From Gordius albopunctatus (Eukaryota), in NCBI GenBank assembly GCA_964276515.1, contig OZ193910.1:6882001-6946000 (forward strand): a DNA stretch of 64,000 nucleotides, given 5' to 3'. The notes beneath the pieces were generated by a model. The model had not been told where the DNA came from. It worked only from the letters and a program-made list of their open reading frames with translations, and made no database searches. Position numbers and translations under genes: made by a program. The first letter of the stretch is position 1. The number at the start of each line of letters is the position of its first letter. This document shows, piece by piece, positions 50,701-64,000 of this stretch.

Positions 50701-53700
50701 ACCGAAAACTTTCATGAGAGCTATATGGTTGAACAAAAAAAATTAAAACAATTTTGAGGTCGAAAAAAATATTATTTTTTATATTCTTTCGAAAGGGAGA
50801 TGAAAAAATCTTTAAAAGTTTTTTGAATATTCTTAGCATTTTGTCCTTGTTAGAATCTTGATAGGAATTTTTGCGTGGGGGGATGTTTGAGATTGAGAGA
50901 AATTAAAATTTTCATGTTGCGTTTAGATTGATTCAATTTCGCTTTATAAGCCTGTCTCTAGTTTTAGTGAAACAAGCTCTATGCGATCGTGATTTAGAGT
51001 TAATAATTTTTGATGACTGATCAAAAAAATGTTTTTCAAGGAATTCATCTCTTATACGGAAAACTTTCATGAGAGCTATATGGTTGAACAAAAAAATTGA
51101 AAAAATTTTGAGGTCGAAAAAAATATTATTTTTCATATTCTTTCGAAAGGGAGATGAAAAAATCTTTAAAAGTTATTAAATATTCTTAGCATTTTGTCCT
51201 TGTTAGAATCTTGATAGAAATTTATGCGTGGGGGGATGTTTTAGATTGAGAGAAATTAAAATTTAGGTGTTGAGTTTATATTGTTTCTATATCGCTTTAT
51301 AAGCGTGTCTCTAGTTTTAGTGAAACAAGCTCTATGCGATCGTGATTTAGAGTTAATAATTTTTGATGACTGATCAAAAAAATGTTTTTCAAGCAATTCA
51401 CCTCTTATACCGAAAACTTTCATGAGAGCTATATGGTTGAACCAAAAAATTGAAAAAATTTTGAGATCGAAAAAAATATTATTTTTCAAATTCCTTCGAA
51501 AGGGAGATGAAAAAATCTTTAAAAGTTAGTAAATATTCTTAGAATTTTGTCCTTGTTAGAATCTTGATAGGAATTTTTGCGTTGGCGATGTTTGAGATTG
51601 AGAGAAATAAAAATTTTAGTGTGGCGTTTAGATTGATTCAATATCGCTTTATAAGCGTGTCTCTAGTTTTAGTGAAACAAGCTCTATGCGATCGTGATTT
51701 AGAGTTAATAATTTTTGATGACTGATCAAAAAAATGTTTTTCAAGGAATTCACCTTTTATACGGAAAACTTTCATGAGAGCTATATGGTTGAACAAAAAA
51801 AATTAAAACAATTTCGAGGTCGAAAAAAATATTATTTTTCATATTCTTTCGAAAGGGAGATGAAAAAATCTTTAAAGGTTAGTAAATATTCTTAGAATTT
51901 TGTCCTTGTTAGAATCTTGATAGGAATTTTTGCGTTGGCGATGTTTGAGATTGAGAGAAATTAAAATTTTCGTGTGGCGTTTAGATTGATTCAATATCGC
52001 TTTATAAGCGTGTCTCTAGTTTTAGTGAAACAAGCTCTATGCGATCGTGATTTAGAGTTAATAATTTTTGATGACTGATCAAAAAAATGTTTTTCAAGGA
52101 ATTCATCTCTTATACGGAAAACTTTAATGAGAGCTATATGGTTGAACAAAAAAATTGAAAAAATTTTGAGGTCGAAAAAAATATTTTTTTTCATATTCTT
52201 TCGAAAGGGAGATGAAAAAATCTCTAAAAGTTATTAAATATTCTTAGCATTTTGTCCTTGTTAGAATCTTGATAGGAATTTTTGCGTGGGGGGATGTTTT
52301 AGATTGAGAGAAATTAAAATTTAGGTGTTGCGTTTATATTGTTTCAATATCGCTTTATAAGCGTGTCTCTAGTTTTAGTGAAACAAGCTCTATGCGATCG
52401 TGATTTAGAGTTAATAATTTTTGATGACTGATCAAAAAAATGTTTTTCAAGGAATTCACCTCTTATACCAAAAACTTTCATGAGAACTATATGGTTGAAC
52501 AAAAAAATTGAAAAAATTTTGAGGTCGAAAAAAATATTATTTTTCATATTCTTTCGAAAGGGAGATGAAAAAATCTTTAAAAGTTATTAAATATTCTTAG
52601 CATTTTGTCCTTGTTAGAATCTTGATAGGAATTTTTGCGTGGGGGGATGTTTTAGATTGAGAGAAATTAAAATTTAGGTGTTGCGTTTATATTGTTTCAA
52701 TATCGCTTTATAAGCGTGTCTCTAGTTTTAGTGTAACAAGCTCTATGCGATCGTGATTTAGAGTTAATAATTTTTGATGACTGATCAAAAAAATGTTTTT
52801 CAAGCAATTCACCTCTTATACCGAAAACTTTCATGAGAGCTATATGGTTGAACAAAAAAATTGAAAAAATTTTGAGGTCGAAAAAAATATTATTTTTCAA
52901 ATTCCTTCGAAAGGGAGATGAAAAAATCTTTAAAAGTTAGTAAATATTCTTAGAATTTTGTCCTTGTTAGAATCTTGATAGGAATTTTTGCGTTGGCGAT
53001 GTTTGAGATTGAGAGAAATTAAAATTTTCGTGTGGCGTTTAGATTGATTCAATATCGCTTTATAAGCGTGTCTCTAGTTTTAGTGAAACAAGCTCTATGC
53101 GATCGTGATTTAGAGTTAATAATTTTTGATGACTGATCAAAAAAATGTTTTTCAAGGAATTCATCTCTTATACGGAAAACTTTAATGAGAGCTATATGGT
53201 TGAACAAAAAAATTGAAAAAATTTTGAGGTCGAAAAAAATATTTTTTTTCATATTCTTTCGAAAGGGAGATGAAAAAATCTTTAAAAGTTATTAAATATT
53301 CTTAGCATTTTGTCCTTGTTAGAATCTTGATAGGAATTTTTGCGTGGGGGGATGTTTTAGATTGAGAGAAATTAAAATTTAGGTGTTGAGTTTATATTGT
53401 TTCTATATCGCTTTATAAGCGTGTCTCTAGTTTTAGTGAAACAAGCTCTATGCGATCGTGATTTAGAGTTAATAATTTTTGATGACTGATCAAAAAAATG
53501 TTTTTCAAGGAATTCATCTCTTATACGGAAAACTTTCATGAGAGCTATATGGTTGAACAAAAAAATTGAAAAAATTTTGAGGTCGAAAAAAATATTATTT
53601 TTCATATTCTTTCGAAAGGGAGATGAAAAAATCTTTAAAAGTTAGTAAATATTCTTAGCATTTTGTCCTTGTTAGAATCTTGATAGGAATTTTTGCGTGG

Positions 53701-55620
53701 GGGGATGTTTTAGATTGAGAGAAATTAAAATTTAGGTGTTGCGTTTATATTGTTTCAATATCGCTTTATAAGCGTGTCCCTAGTTTTAGTGAAACAAGCT
53801 CTATGCGATCGTGATTTAGAGTTAATAATTTTTGATGACTGATCAAAAAAATGTTTTTCAAGGAATTCATCTCTTATACGGAAAACTTTCATGAGAGCTA
53901 TATGGTTGAACAAAAAAAATTAAAACAATTTCGAGGTCGAAAAAAATATTATTTTTTATATTCTTTCGAAAGGGAGATGAAAAAATCTTTAAAAGTTAGT
54001 AAATATTCATAGCATTTTGTCCTTTCTTGATAGGAATTTTTGCGTGGGGGATGTTTGAGATTGAGAGAAATTAAAATTTTCGTGTTGAGTTTATATTGTT
54101 TCAATATCGCTTTATAAGCGTGTCTCTAGTTTTAGTGAAACAAGCTCTATGCGATCGTGATTTAGAGTTAATAATTTTTGATGACTGATCAAAAAAATGT
54201 TTTTCAAGGAATTCACCTTTTATACCGAAAACTTTCATGAGAACTATATGGTTGAACAAAAAAATTGAAAAAATTTTGAGGTCGAAAAAAATATTTTTTT
54301 TCATATTCTTTCGTAAGGGAGATGAAAAAATCTTTAAAAGTTAGTAAATATTCTTAGAATTTTGTCCTTGTTAGAATCTTGATAGGAATTTTTGCGTTGG
54401 CGATGTTTGAGATTGAGAGAAATTAAAATTTTCGTGTGGCGTTTAGATTGATTCAATATCGCTTTATAAGCGTGTCTCTAGTTTTAGTGAAACAAGCTCT
54501 ATGCGATCGTGATTTACAGTTAATAATTTTTGATGACTGATCAAAAAAATGTTTTTCAAGGAATTCACCTCTTATACCGAAAACTTTCATGAGAGCTATA
54601 TGGTTGAACAAAAAAAATTAAAACAATTTTGAGGTCGAAAAAAATATTATTTTTTATATTCTTTCGAAAGGGAGATGAAAAAATCTTTAAAAGTTTTTTG
54701 AATATTCTTAGCATTTTGTCCTTGTTAGAATCTTGATAGGAATTTTTGCGTGGGGGGATGTTTGAGATTGAGAGAAATTAAAATTTTCATGTTGCGTTTA
54801 GATTGATTCAATTTCGCTTTATAAGCCTGTCTCTAGTTTTAGTGAAACAAGCTCTATGCGATCGTGATTTAGAGTTAATAATTTTTGATGACTGATCAAA
54901 AAAATTTTTTTCAAGGAATTCATCTCTTATACGGAAAACTTTCATGAGAGCTATATGGTTCAACAAAAAAATTGAAAAAATTTTGAGGTCGAAAAAAATA
55001 TTATTTTTCATATTCTTTCGAAAGGGAGATGAAAAAATCTTTAAAAGTTATTAAATATTCTTAGCATTTTGTCCTTGTTAGAATCTTGATAGAAATTTAT
55101 GCGTGGGGGGATGTTTTAGATTGAGAGAAATTAAAATTTAGGTGTTGAGTTTATATTGTTTCTATATCGCTTTATAAGCGTGTCTCTAGTTTTAGTGAAA
55201 CAAGCTCTATGCGATCGTGATTTAGAGTTAATAATTTTTGATGACTGATCAAAAAAATGTTTTTCAAGCAATTCACCTCTTATACCGAAAACTTTCATGA
55301 GAGCTATATGGTTGAACCAAAAAATTGAAAAAATTTTGAGATCGAAAAAAATATTATTTTTCAAATTCCTTCGAAAGGGAGATGAAAAAATCTTTAAAAG
55401 TTAGTAAATATTCTTAGAATTTTGTCCTTGTTAGAATCTTGATAGGAATTTTTGCGTTGGCGATGTTTGAGATTGAGAGAAATAAAAATTTTAGTGTGGC
55501 GTTTAGATTGATTCAATATCGCTTTATAAGCGTGTCTCTAGTTTTAGTGAAACAAGCTCTATGCGATCGTGATTTAGAGTTAATAATTTTTGATGACTGA
55601 TCAAAAAAATGTTTTTCAAG
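47760..55620. repeat. Tandem duplication of an 11-monomer block (~3875 bp)
   Basis: Rare markers recur ~3875 bp apart: aaaggttag (48001/51876), taccaaaaac (48591/52466), gtttttgaat (50819/54694), gcctgtctc (50950/54825). ORF-track offsets 48116/51991 through 51256/55131. Confidence 0.9.
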
Positions 55621-58100
55621 GAATTCATCTCTTATACGGAAAACTTTCATGAGAGCTATATGGTTGAACAAAAAAATTGAAAAAATTTTGAGGTCGAAAA
55701 AAATATTTTTTTTCATATTCTTTCGAAAAGGAGATGAAAAAAGAATTTTTGCGTGGGGGATGTTTGAGATTGAGAGAAATTAAAATTTTCGTGTTGCGTT
55801 TAGATTGTTTCAATATCGCTTTATAAGCGTGTCTCTAGTTTTAGTGAAACAAGCTCTATGCGATGGTGATTCAGAGTTAATAATTTTTGATGACTGATCA
55901 AAAAAATGTTTTTCAAGGAATTCACCTCTTATACCGAAAACTTTCATGAGAACTATATGGTTGAACAAAAAAATTGAAAAAATTTTGAGGTCGAAAAAAA
56001 TATTATTTTTCATATTGTTTCGAAAAGGAGATGAAAAAATATTTAAAAGTTATTAAATATTCTTAGCATTTTGTCCTTGTTAGAATCTTGATAGGAATTT
56101 TTGCGTGGGGGGATGTTTGAGATTGAGAGAAATTAAAATTTTCGTGTTGCGTTTAGATTGATTCAATTTCGCTTTATAAGCGTGTCTCTAGTTTTGGTGA
56201 AACAAGCTCTATGCGATCGTGATTTAGAGTTAATAATTTTTGATGACTGATCAAAAAAATTTTTTTCAAGGAATTCATCTCTTATACGGAAAACTTTCAT
56301 GAGAGCTATATGGTTCAACAAAAAAATTGAAAAAATTTTGAGGTCGAAAAAAATATTATTTTTCATATTCTTTCGAAAGGGAGATGAAAAAATCTTTAAA
56401 AGTTATTAAATATTCTTAGCATTTTGTCCTTGTTAGAATCTTGATAGAAATTTATGCGTGGGGGGATGTTTTAGATTGAGAGAAATTAAAATTTAGGTGT
56501 TGAGTTTATATTGTTTCTATATCGCTTTATAAGCGTGTCTCTAGTTTTAGTGAAACAAGCTCTATGCGATCGTGATTTAGAGTTAATAATTTTTGATGAC
56601 TGATCAAAAAAATGTTTTTCAAGCAATTCACCTCTTATACCGAAAACTTTCATGAGAGCTATATGGTTGAACCAAAAAATTGAAAAAATTTTGAGATCGA
56701 AAAAAATATTATTTTTCAAATTCCTTCGAAAGGGAGATGAAAAAATCTTTAAAAGTTAGTAAATATTCTTAGAATTTTGTCCTTGTTAGAATCTTGATAG
56801 GAATTTTTGCGTTGGCGATGTTTGAGATTGAGAGAAATAAAAATTTTAGTGTGGCGTTTAGATTGATTCAATATCGCTTTATAAGCGTGTCTCTAGTTTT
56901 AGTGAAACAAGCTCTATGCGATCGTGATTTAGAGTTAATAATTTTTGATGACTGATCAAAAAAATGTTTTTCAAGGAATTCATCTCTTATACGGAAAACT
57001 TTCATGAGAGCTATATGGTTGAACAAAAAAATTGAAAAAATTTTGAGGTCGAAAAAAATATTTTTTTTCATATTCTTTCGAAAAGGAGATGAAAAAAGAA
57101 TTTTTGCGTGGGGGATGTTTGAGATTGAGAGAAATTAAAATTTTCGTGTTGCGTTTAGATTGTTTCAATATCGCTTTATAAGCGTGTCTCTAGTTTTAGT
57201 GAAACAAGCTCTATGCGATGGTGATTCAGAGTTAATAATTTTTGATGACTGATCAAAAAAATGTTTTTCAAGGAATTCACCTCTTATACCGAAAACTTTC
57301 ATGAGAACTATATGGTTGAACAAAAAAATTGAAAAAATTTTGAGGTCGAAAAAAATATTATTTTTCATATTGTTTCGAAAAGGAGATGAAAAAATATTTA
57401 AAAGTTATTAAATATTCTTAGCATTTTGTCCTTGTTAGAATCTTGATAGGAATTTTTGCGTGGGGGGATGTTTGAGATTGAGAGAAATTAAAATTTTCGT
57501 GTTGCGTTTAGATTGATTCAATTTCGCTTTATAAGCGTGTCTCTAGTTTTGGTGAAACAAGCTCTATGCGATCGTGATTTAGAGTTAATAATTTTTGATG
57601 ACTGATCAAAAAAATGTTTTTCAAGGAATTCATCTCTTATACGGAAAACTTTCATGAGAGCTATATGGTTGAACAAAAAAATTGAAAAAATTTTGAGGTC
57701 GAAAAAAATATTATTTTTCATATTCTTTCGAAAGGGAGATGAAAAAATCTTTAAAAGTTATTAAATATTCTTAGCATTTTGTCCTTGTTAGAATCTTGAT
57801 AGAAATTTAGGCGTGGGGGGATGTTTTAGATTGAGAGAAATTAAAATTTAGGTGTTGAGTTTATATTGTTTCTATATCGCTTTATAAGCGTGTCTCTAGT
57901 TTTAGTGAAACAAGCTCTATGCGATCGTGATTTAGAGTTAATAATTTTTGATGACTGATCAAAAAAATGTTTTTCAAGCAATTCACCTCTTATACCGAAA
58001 ACTTTCATGAGAGCTATATGGTTGAACCAAAAAATTGAAAAAATTTTGAGGTCGAAAAAAATATTTTTTTTCATATTCTTTCGAAAAGGAGATGAAAAAA
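54800..58100. repeat. Higher-order repeat: 4-mer of 1355 bp containing one 297-bp monomer, about 2.5 copies
   Basis: Constant 1355-bp offsets: 54808/56163/57518, 55131/56486/57841, 55513/56868, 55810/57165. Confidence 0.88.
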
Positions 58101-61100
58101 GAATTTTTGCGTGGGGGATGTTTGAGATTGAGAGAAATTAAAATTTTCGTGTTGCGTTTAGATTGTTTCAATATCGCTTTATAAGCGTGTCTCTAGTTTT
58201 AGTGAAACAAGCTCTATGCGATGGTGATTCAGAGTTAATAATTTTTGATGACTGATCAAAAAAATGTTTTTCAAGGAATTCACCTCTTATACCGAAAACT
58301 TTCATGAGAACTATATGGTTGAACAAAAAAATTGAAAAAATTTTGAGGTCGAAAAAAATATTATTTTTCATATTCTTTCGAAAGGGAGATGAAAAAATCT
58401 TTAAAAGTTATTAAATATTCTTAGCATTTTGTCCTTGTTAGAATCTTGATAGAAATTTATGCGTGGGGGGATGTTTTAGATTGAGAGAAATTAAAATTTA
58501 GGTGTTGAGTTTATATTGTTTCTATATCGCTTTATAAGCGTGTCTCTAGTTTTAGTGTAACAAGCTCTATGCGATCGTGATTTAGAGTTAATAATTTTTG
58601 ATGACTGATCAAAAAAATGTTTTTCAAGGAATTCACCTCTTATACCGAAAACTTTCATGAGAACTATATGGTTGAACAAAAAAATTAAAACAATTTTGAG
58701 GTCGAAAAAAATATTATTTTTCATATTCTTTCGAAAGGGAGATGAAAAAATCTTTAAAAGTTAGTAAATATTCTTAGCATTTTGTCCTTGTTAGAATCTT
58801 GATAGGAATTTTTGCGTGGGGGGATGTTTGAGATTGAGAGATATTAAAATTTTCGTGTTGCGTTTAGATTGATTCAATTTCGCTTTATAAGCGTGTCTCT
58901 AGTTTTAGTGAAACAAGCTCTATGCGATCGTGATTTAGAGTTAATAATTTTTGATGACTGATCAAAAAAATGTTTTTCAAGGAATTCACCTCTTATACCG
59001 AAAACTTTCATGAGAGCTATATGGTTGAACAAAAAAAATTAAAACAATTTTGAGGTCGAAAAAAATATTATTTTTCATATTGTTTCGAAAAGGAGATGAA
59101 AAAATCTTTAAAAGTTATTAAATATTCTTAGCATTTTGTCCTTGTTAGAATCTTGATAGGAATTTTTGCGTGGGGGGATGTTTGAGATTGAGAGAAATTA
59201 AAATTTAGGTGTTGAGTTTATATTGTTTCTATATCGCTTTATAAGCGTGTCTCTAGTTTTAGTGAAACAAGCTCTATGCGATCGTGATTTAGAGTTAATA
59301 ATTTTTGATGACTGATCAAAAAAATGTTTTTCAAGCAATTCACCTCTTATACCGAAAACTTTCATGAGAGCTATATGGTTGAACCAAAAAATTGAAAAAA
59401 TTTTGAGGTCGAAAAAAATATTATTTTTCAAATTCCTTCGAAAGGGAGATGAAAAAATCTTTAAAAGTTAGTAAATATTCTTAGAATTTTGTCCTTGTTA
59501 GAATCTTGATAGGAATTTTTGCGTTGGCGATGTTTGAGATTGAGAGAAATAAAAATTTTAGTGTGGCGTTTAGATTGATTCAATATCGCTTTATAAGCGT
59601 GTCTCTAGTTTTAGTGAAACAAGCTCTATGCGATCGTGATTTAGAGTTAATAATTTTTGATGACTGATCAAAAAAATGTTTTTCAAGGAATTCATCTCTT
59701 ATACGGAAAACTTTCATGAGAGCTATATGGTTGAACAAAAAAATTGAAAAAATTTTGAGGTCGAAAAAAATATTTTTTTTCATATTCTTTCGAAAAGGAG
59801 ATGAAAAAAGAATTTTTGCGTGGGGGATGTTTGAGATTGAGAGAAATTAAAATTTTCGTGTTGCGTTTAGATTGTTTCAATATCGCTTTATAAGCGTGTC
59901 TCTAGTTTTAGTGAAACAAGCTCTATGCGATGGTGATTCAGAGTTAATAATTTTTGATGACTGATCAAAAAAATGTTTTTCAAGGAATTCACCTCTTATA
60001 CCGAAAACTTTCATGAGAACTATATGGTTGAACAAAAAAATTGAAAAAATTTTGAGGTCGAAAAAAATATTATTTTTCATATTGTTTCGAAAAGGAGATG
60101 AAAAAATATTTAAAAGTTATTAAATATTCTTAGCATTTTGTCCTTGTTAGAATCTTGATAGGAATTTTTGCGTGGGGGGATGTTTTAGATTGAGAGAAAT
60201 TAAAATTTAGGTGTTGAGTTTATATTGTTTCAATATCGCTTTATAAGCGTGTCTCTAGTTTTAGTGAAACAAGGTCTATGCGATCGTGATTTAGAGTTAA
60301 TAATTTTTGATGACTGATCAAAAAAATGTTTTTCAAGGAATTCACCTTTTATACCGAAAACTTTCATGAGAACTATATGGTTGAACAAAAAAATTGAAAA
60401 AATTTTGAGGTCGAAAAAAATATTATTTTTCATATTCTTTCGAAAGGGAGATGAAAAAATCTTTAAAAGTTAGTAAATATTCTTAGCATTTTGTCCTTGT
60501 TAGAATCTTGATAGAAATTTATGCGTGGGGGGATGTTTTAGATTGAGAGAAATTAAAATTTAGGTGTTGAGTTTATATTGTTTCAATATCGCTTTATAAG
60601 CGTGTCTCTAGTTTTAGTGAAACAAGCTCTATGCGATCGTGATTTAGAGTTAATAATTTTTGATGACTGATCAAAAAAATGTTTTTCAAGGAATTCATCT
60701 CTTATACGGAAAACTTTCATGAGAGCTATATGGTTGAACAAAAAAAATTAAAACAATTTTGAGGTCGAAAAAAATATTATTTTTCATATTCTTTCGAAAG
60801 GGAGATGAAAAAATCTTTAAAAGTTATTAAATATTCTTAGCATTTTGTCCTTGTTAGAATCTTGATAGGAATTTTTGCGTGGGTTATGTTTGAGATTGAG
60901 AGAAATTAAAATTTAGGTGTTGAGTTTATATTGTTTCAATATCGCTTTATAAGCGTGTCTCTAGTTTTAGTGAAACAAGCTCTATGCGATCGTGATTTAG
61001 AGTTAATAATTTTTGATGACTGATCAAAAAAATGTTTTTCAAGGAATTCATCTCTTATACGGAAAACTTTCATGAGAGCTATATGGTTGAACAAAAAAAT

Positions 61101-64000
61101 TGAAAAAATTTTGAGGTCGAAAAAAATATTATTTTTCATATTCTTTCGAAAGGGAGATGAAAAAATCTTTAAAAGTTAATAAATATTCTTAGCATTTTGT
61201 CCTTGTTAGAATCTTGATAGGAATTTTTGCGTGGGGGGATGTTTTAGATTGAGAGAAATTAAAATTTAGGTGTTGAGTTTATATTGTTTCAATATCGCTT
61301 TATAAGCGTGTCTCTAGTTTTAGTGAAACAAGGTCTATGCGATCGTGATTTAGAGTTAATAATTTTTGATGACTGATCAAAAAAATGTTTTTCAAGGAAT
61401 TCACCTTTTATACCGAAAACTTTCATGAGAACTATATGGTTGAACAAAAAAATTGAAAAAATTTTGAGGTCGAAAAAAATATTATTTTTCATATTCTTTC
61501 GAAAGGGAGATGAAAAAATCTTTAAAAGTTAGTAAATATTCTTAGCATTTTGTCCTTGTTAGAATCTTGATAGGAATTTTTGCGTGGGGGGATGTTTTAG
61601 ATTGAGAGAAATTATAATTTAGGTGTTGAGTTTATATTGTTTCAATATCGCTTTATAAGCGTGTCTCTAGTTTTAATGAAACAAGCTCTATGCGATCGTG
61701 ATTTAGAGTTAATAATTTTTGATGACTGATCAAAAAAATGTTTTTCAAGGAATTCACCTTTTATACCGAAAACTTTCATGAGAACTATATGGTTGAACAA
61801 AAAAATTAAAACAATTTTGAGGTCGAAAAAAATATTATTTTTCATATTCTTTCGAAAGGGAGATGAAAAAATCTTTAAAAGTTATTAAATATTCTTAGCA
61901 TTTTGTCCTTGTTAGAATCTTGATAGGAATTTTTGCGTGGGGGGATGTTTGAGATTGAGAGAAATTAAAATTTTCGTGTTGCGTTTAGATTGATTCAATA
62001 TCGCTTTATAAGCGTGTCTCTAGTTTTAGTGAAACAAGCTCTATGCGATCGTGATTTAGAGTTAATAATTTTTGATGACTGATCAAAAAAATGTTTTTCA
62101 AGGAATTCATCTCTTATACGGAAAACTTTCATGAGAGCTATATGGTTGAACAAAAAAATTGAAAAAATTTTGAGGTCGAAAAAAATATTTTTTTTCATAT
62201 TCTTTCGAAAAGGAGATGAAAAAAGAATTTTTGCGTGGGGGATGTTTGAGATTGAGAGAAATTAAAATTTTCGTGTTGCGTTTAGATTGTTTCAATATCG
62301 CTTTATAAGCGTGTCTCTAGTTTTAGTGAAACAAGCTCTATGCGATCGTGATTTACAGTTAATAATTTTTGATGACTGATCAAAAAAATGTTTTTCAAGG
62401 AATTCACCTCTTATACCGAAAACTTTCATGAGAGCTATATGGTTGAACAAAAAAATTGAAAAAATTTTGAGGTCGAAAAAAATATTATTTTTCAAATTCT
62501 TTCGAAAAGGAGATAAAAAAAGAATTTTTGCGTGGGGGATGTTTGAGATTGAGAGAAATTAAAATTTTCGTGTTGCGTTTAGATTGTTTCAATATCGCTT
62601 TATAAGCGTGTCTCTAGTTTTAGTGAAACAAGCTCTATGCGATGGTGATTCAGAGTTAATAATTTTTGATGACTGATCAAAAAAATGTTTTTCAAGGAAT
62701 TCACCTCTTATACCGAAAACTTTCATGAGAACTATATGGTTGAACAAAAAAATTGAAAAAATTTTGAGGTCGAAAAAAATATTATTTTTCATATTCTTTC
62801 GAAAGGGAGATGAAAAAATCTTTAAAAGTTATTAAATATTCTTAGCATTTTGTCCTTGTTAGAATCTTGATAGAAATTTATGCGTGGGGGGATGTTTTAG
62901 ATTGAGAGAAATTAAAATTTAGGTGTTGAGTTTATATTGTTTCTATATCGCTTTATAAGCGTGTCTCTAGTTTTAGTGTAACAAGCTCTATGCGATCGTG
63001 ATTTAGAGTTAATAATTTTTGATGACTGATCAAAAAAATGTTTTTCAAGGAATTCACCTCTTATACCGAAAACTTTCATGAGAACTATATGGTTGAACAA
63101 AAAAATTAAAACAATTTTGAGGTCGAAAAAAATATTATTTTTCATATTCTTTCGAAAGGGAGATGAAAAAATCTTTAAAAGTTAGTAAATATTCTTAGCA
63201 TTTTGTCCTTGTTAGAATCTTGATAGGAATTTTTGCGTGGGGGGATGTTTGAGATTGAGAGAAATTAAAATTTAGGTGTTGAGTTTATATTGTTTCTATA
63301 TCGCTTTATAAGCGTGTCTCTAGTTTTAGTGAAACAAGCTCTATGCGATCGTGATTTAGAGTTAATAATTTTTGATGACTGATCAAAAAAATGTTTTTCA
63401 AGCAATTCACCTCTTATACCGAAAACTTTCATGAGAGCTATATGGTTGAACCAAAAAATTGAAAAAATTTTGAGGTCGAAAAAAATATTATTTTTCAAAT
63501 TCCTTCGAAAGGGAGATGAAAAAATCTTTAAAAGTTAGTAAATATTCTTAGAATTTATTCCTTGTTAGAATCTTGATAGGAATTTTTGCGTTGGCGATGT
63601 TTGAGATTGAGAGAAATAAAAATTTTAGTGTGGCGTTTAGATTGATTCAATATCGCTTTATAAGCGTGTCTCTAGTTTTAGTGAAACAAGCTCTATGCGA
63701 TCGTGATTTAGAGTTAATAATTTTTGATGACTGATCAAAAAAATGTTTTTCAAGGAATTCATCTCTTATACGGAAAACTTTCATGAGAGCTATATGGTTG
63801 AACAAAAAAATTGAAAAAATTTTGAGGTCGAAAAAAATATTTTTTTTCATATTCTTTCGAAAAGGAGATGAAAAAATCTTTAAAAGTTAGTAAATATTCT
63901 TAGCATTTTGTCCTTGTTAGAATCTTGATAGAAATTTATGCGTGGGGGGATGTTTTAGATTGAGAGAAATTAAAATTTAGGTGTTGAGTTTATATTGTTT

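Larger units (their letters stand above)
33880..64000. repeat. Tandem satellite array (right arm), same family and orientation, about 88 copies, with 353/352, 345 and 297-bp monomers
   Basis: Same consensus as the left arm. Spacings of 353 (48116-48469), 345 (35408-35753-36098) and 297 (36098-36395). Runs off the window end. Confidence 0.99.

Noticed and set aside
212..63850. Over 100 near-identical 62-77 aa minus-strand ORFs (MKNNIFFDLK...) as a tandem gene family
   Set aside because: They are translations of the satellite monomer. Many monomers have stops, frameshifts or deletions in this frame, many calls start at TTG, the composition (F/K/I/N) reflects A/T tracts, and no domain is recognisable.
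1..64000. CRISPR array or other repeat-spacer system associated with the RT
   Set aside because: The whole 353-bp unit repeats with no unique spacers and no cas genes. The RT is a eukaryotic non-LTR type with a poly(A) tail, not a retron, DGR or group II intron RT.

Overview
Eukaryotic heterochromatin-type window. About 96% is a head-to-tail AT-rich satellite array with a ~353-bp monomer (roughly 175 copies by length estimate; monomer 1-353 is 29% GC by hand count). All monomers share one orientation and fall into locally homogenised variant domains with higher-order repeats (HORs). The array is interrupted once, at 31114-33679 (minus strand), by a poly(A)-tailed non-LTR retrotransposon of the restriction-like-endonuclease (RLE) type, most similar in motif style to the CRE clade. 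It has one uninterrupted ORF of at least 821 aa carrying RT, a CCHC knuckle and a PD-(D/E)xK endonuclease. Its 5' end is lost in a 200-N scaffold gap (33680-33879). The many 62-77 aa ORFs in the track are translations of the satellite, not genes. The most interesting hypothesis is a young, possibly satellite-targeting RLE retrotransposon; a single junction cannot prove target specificity.
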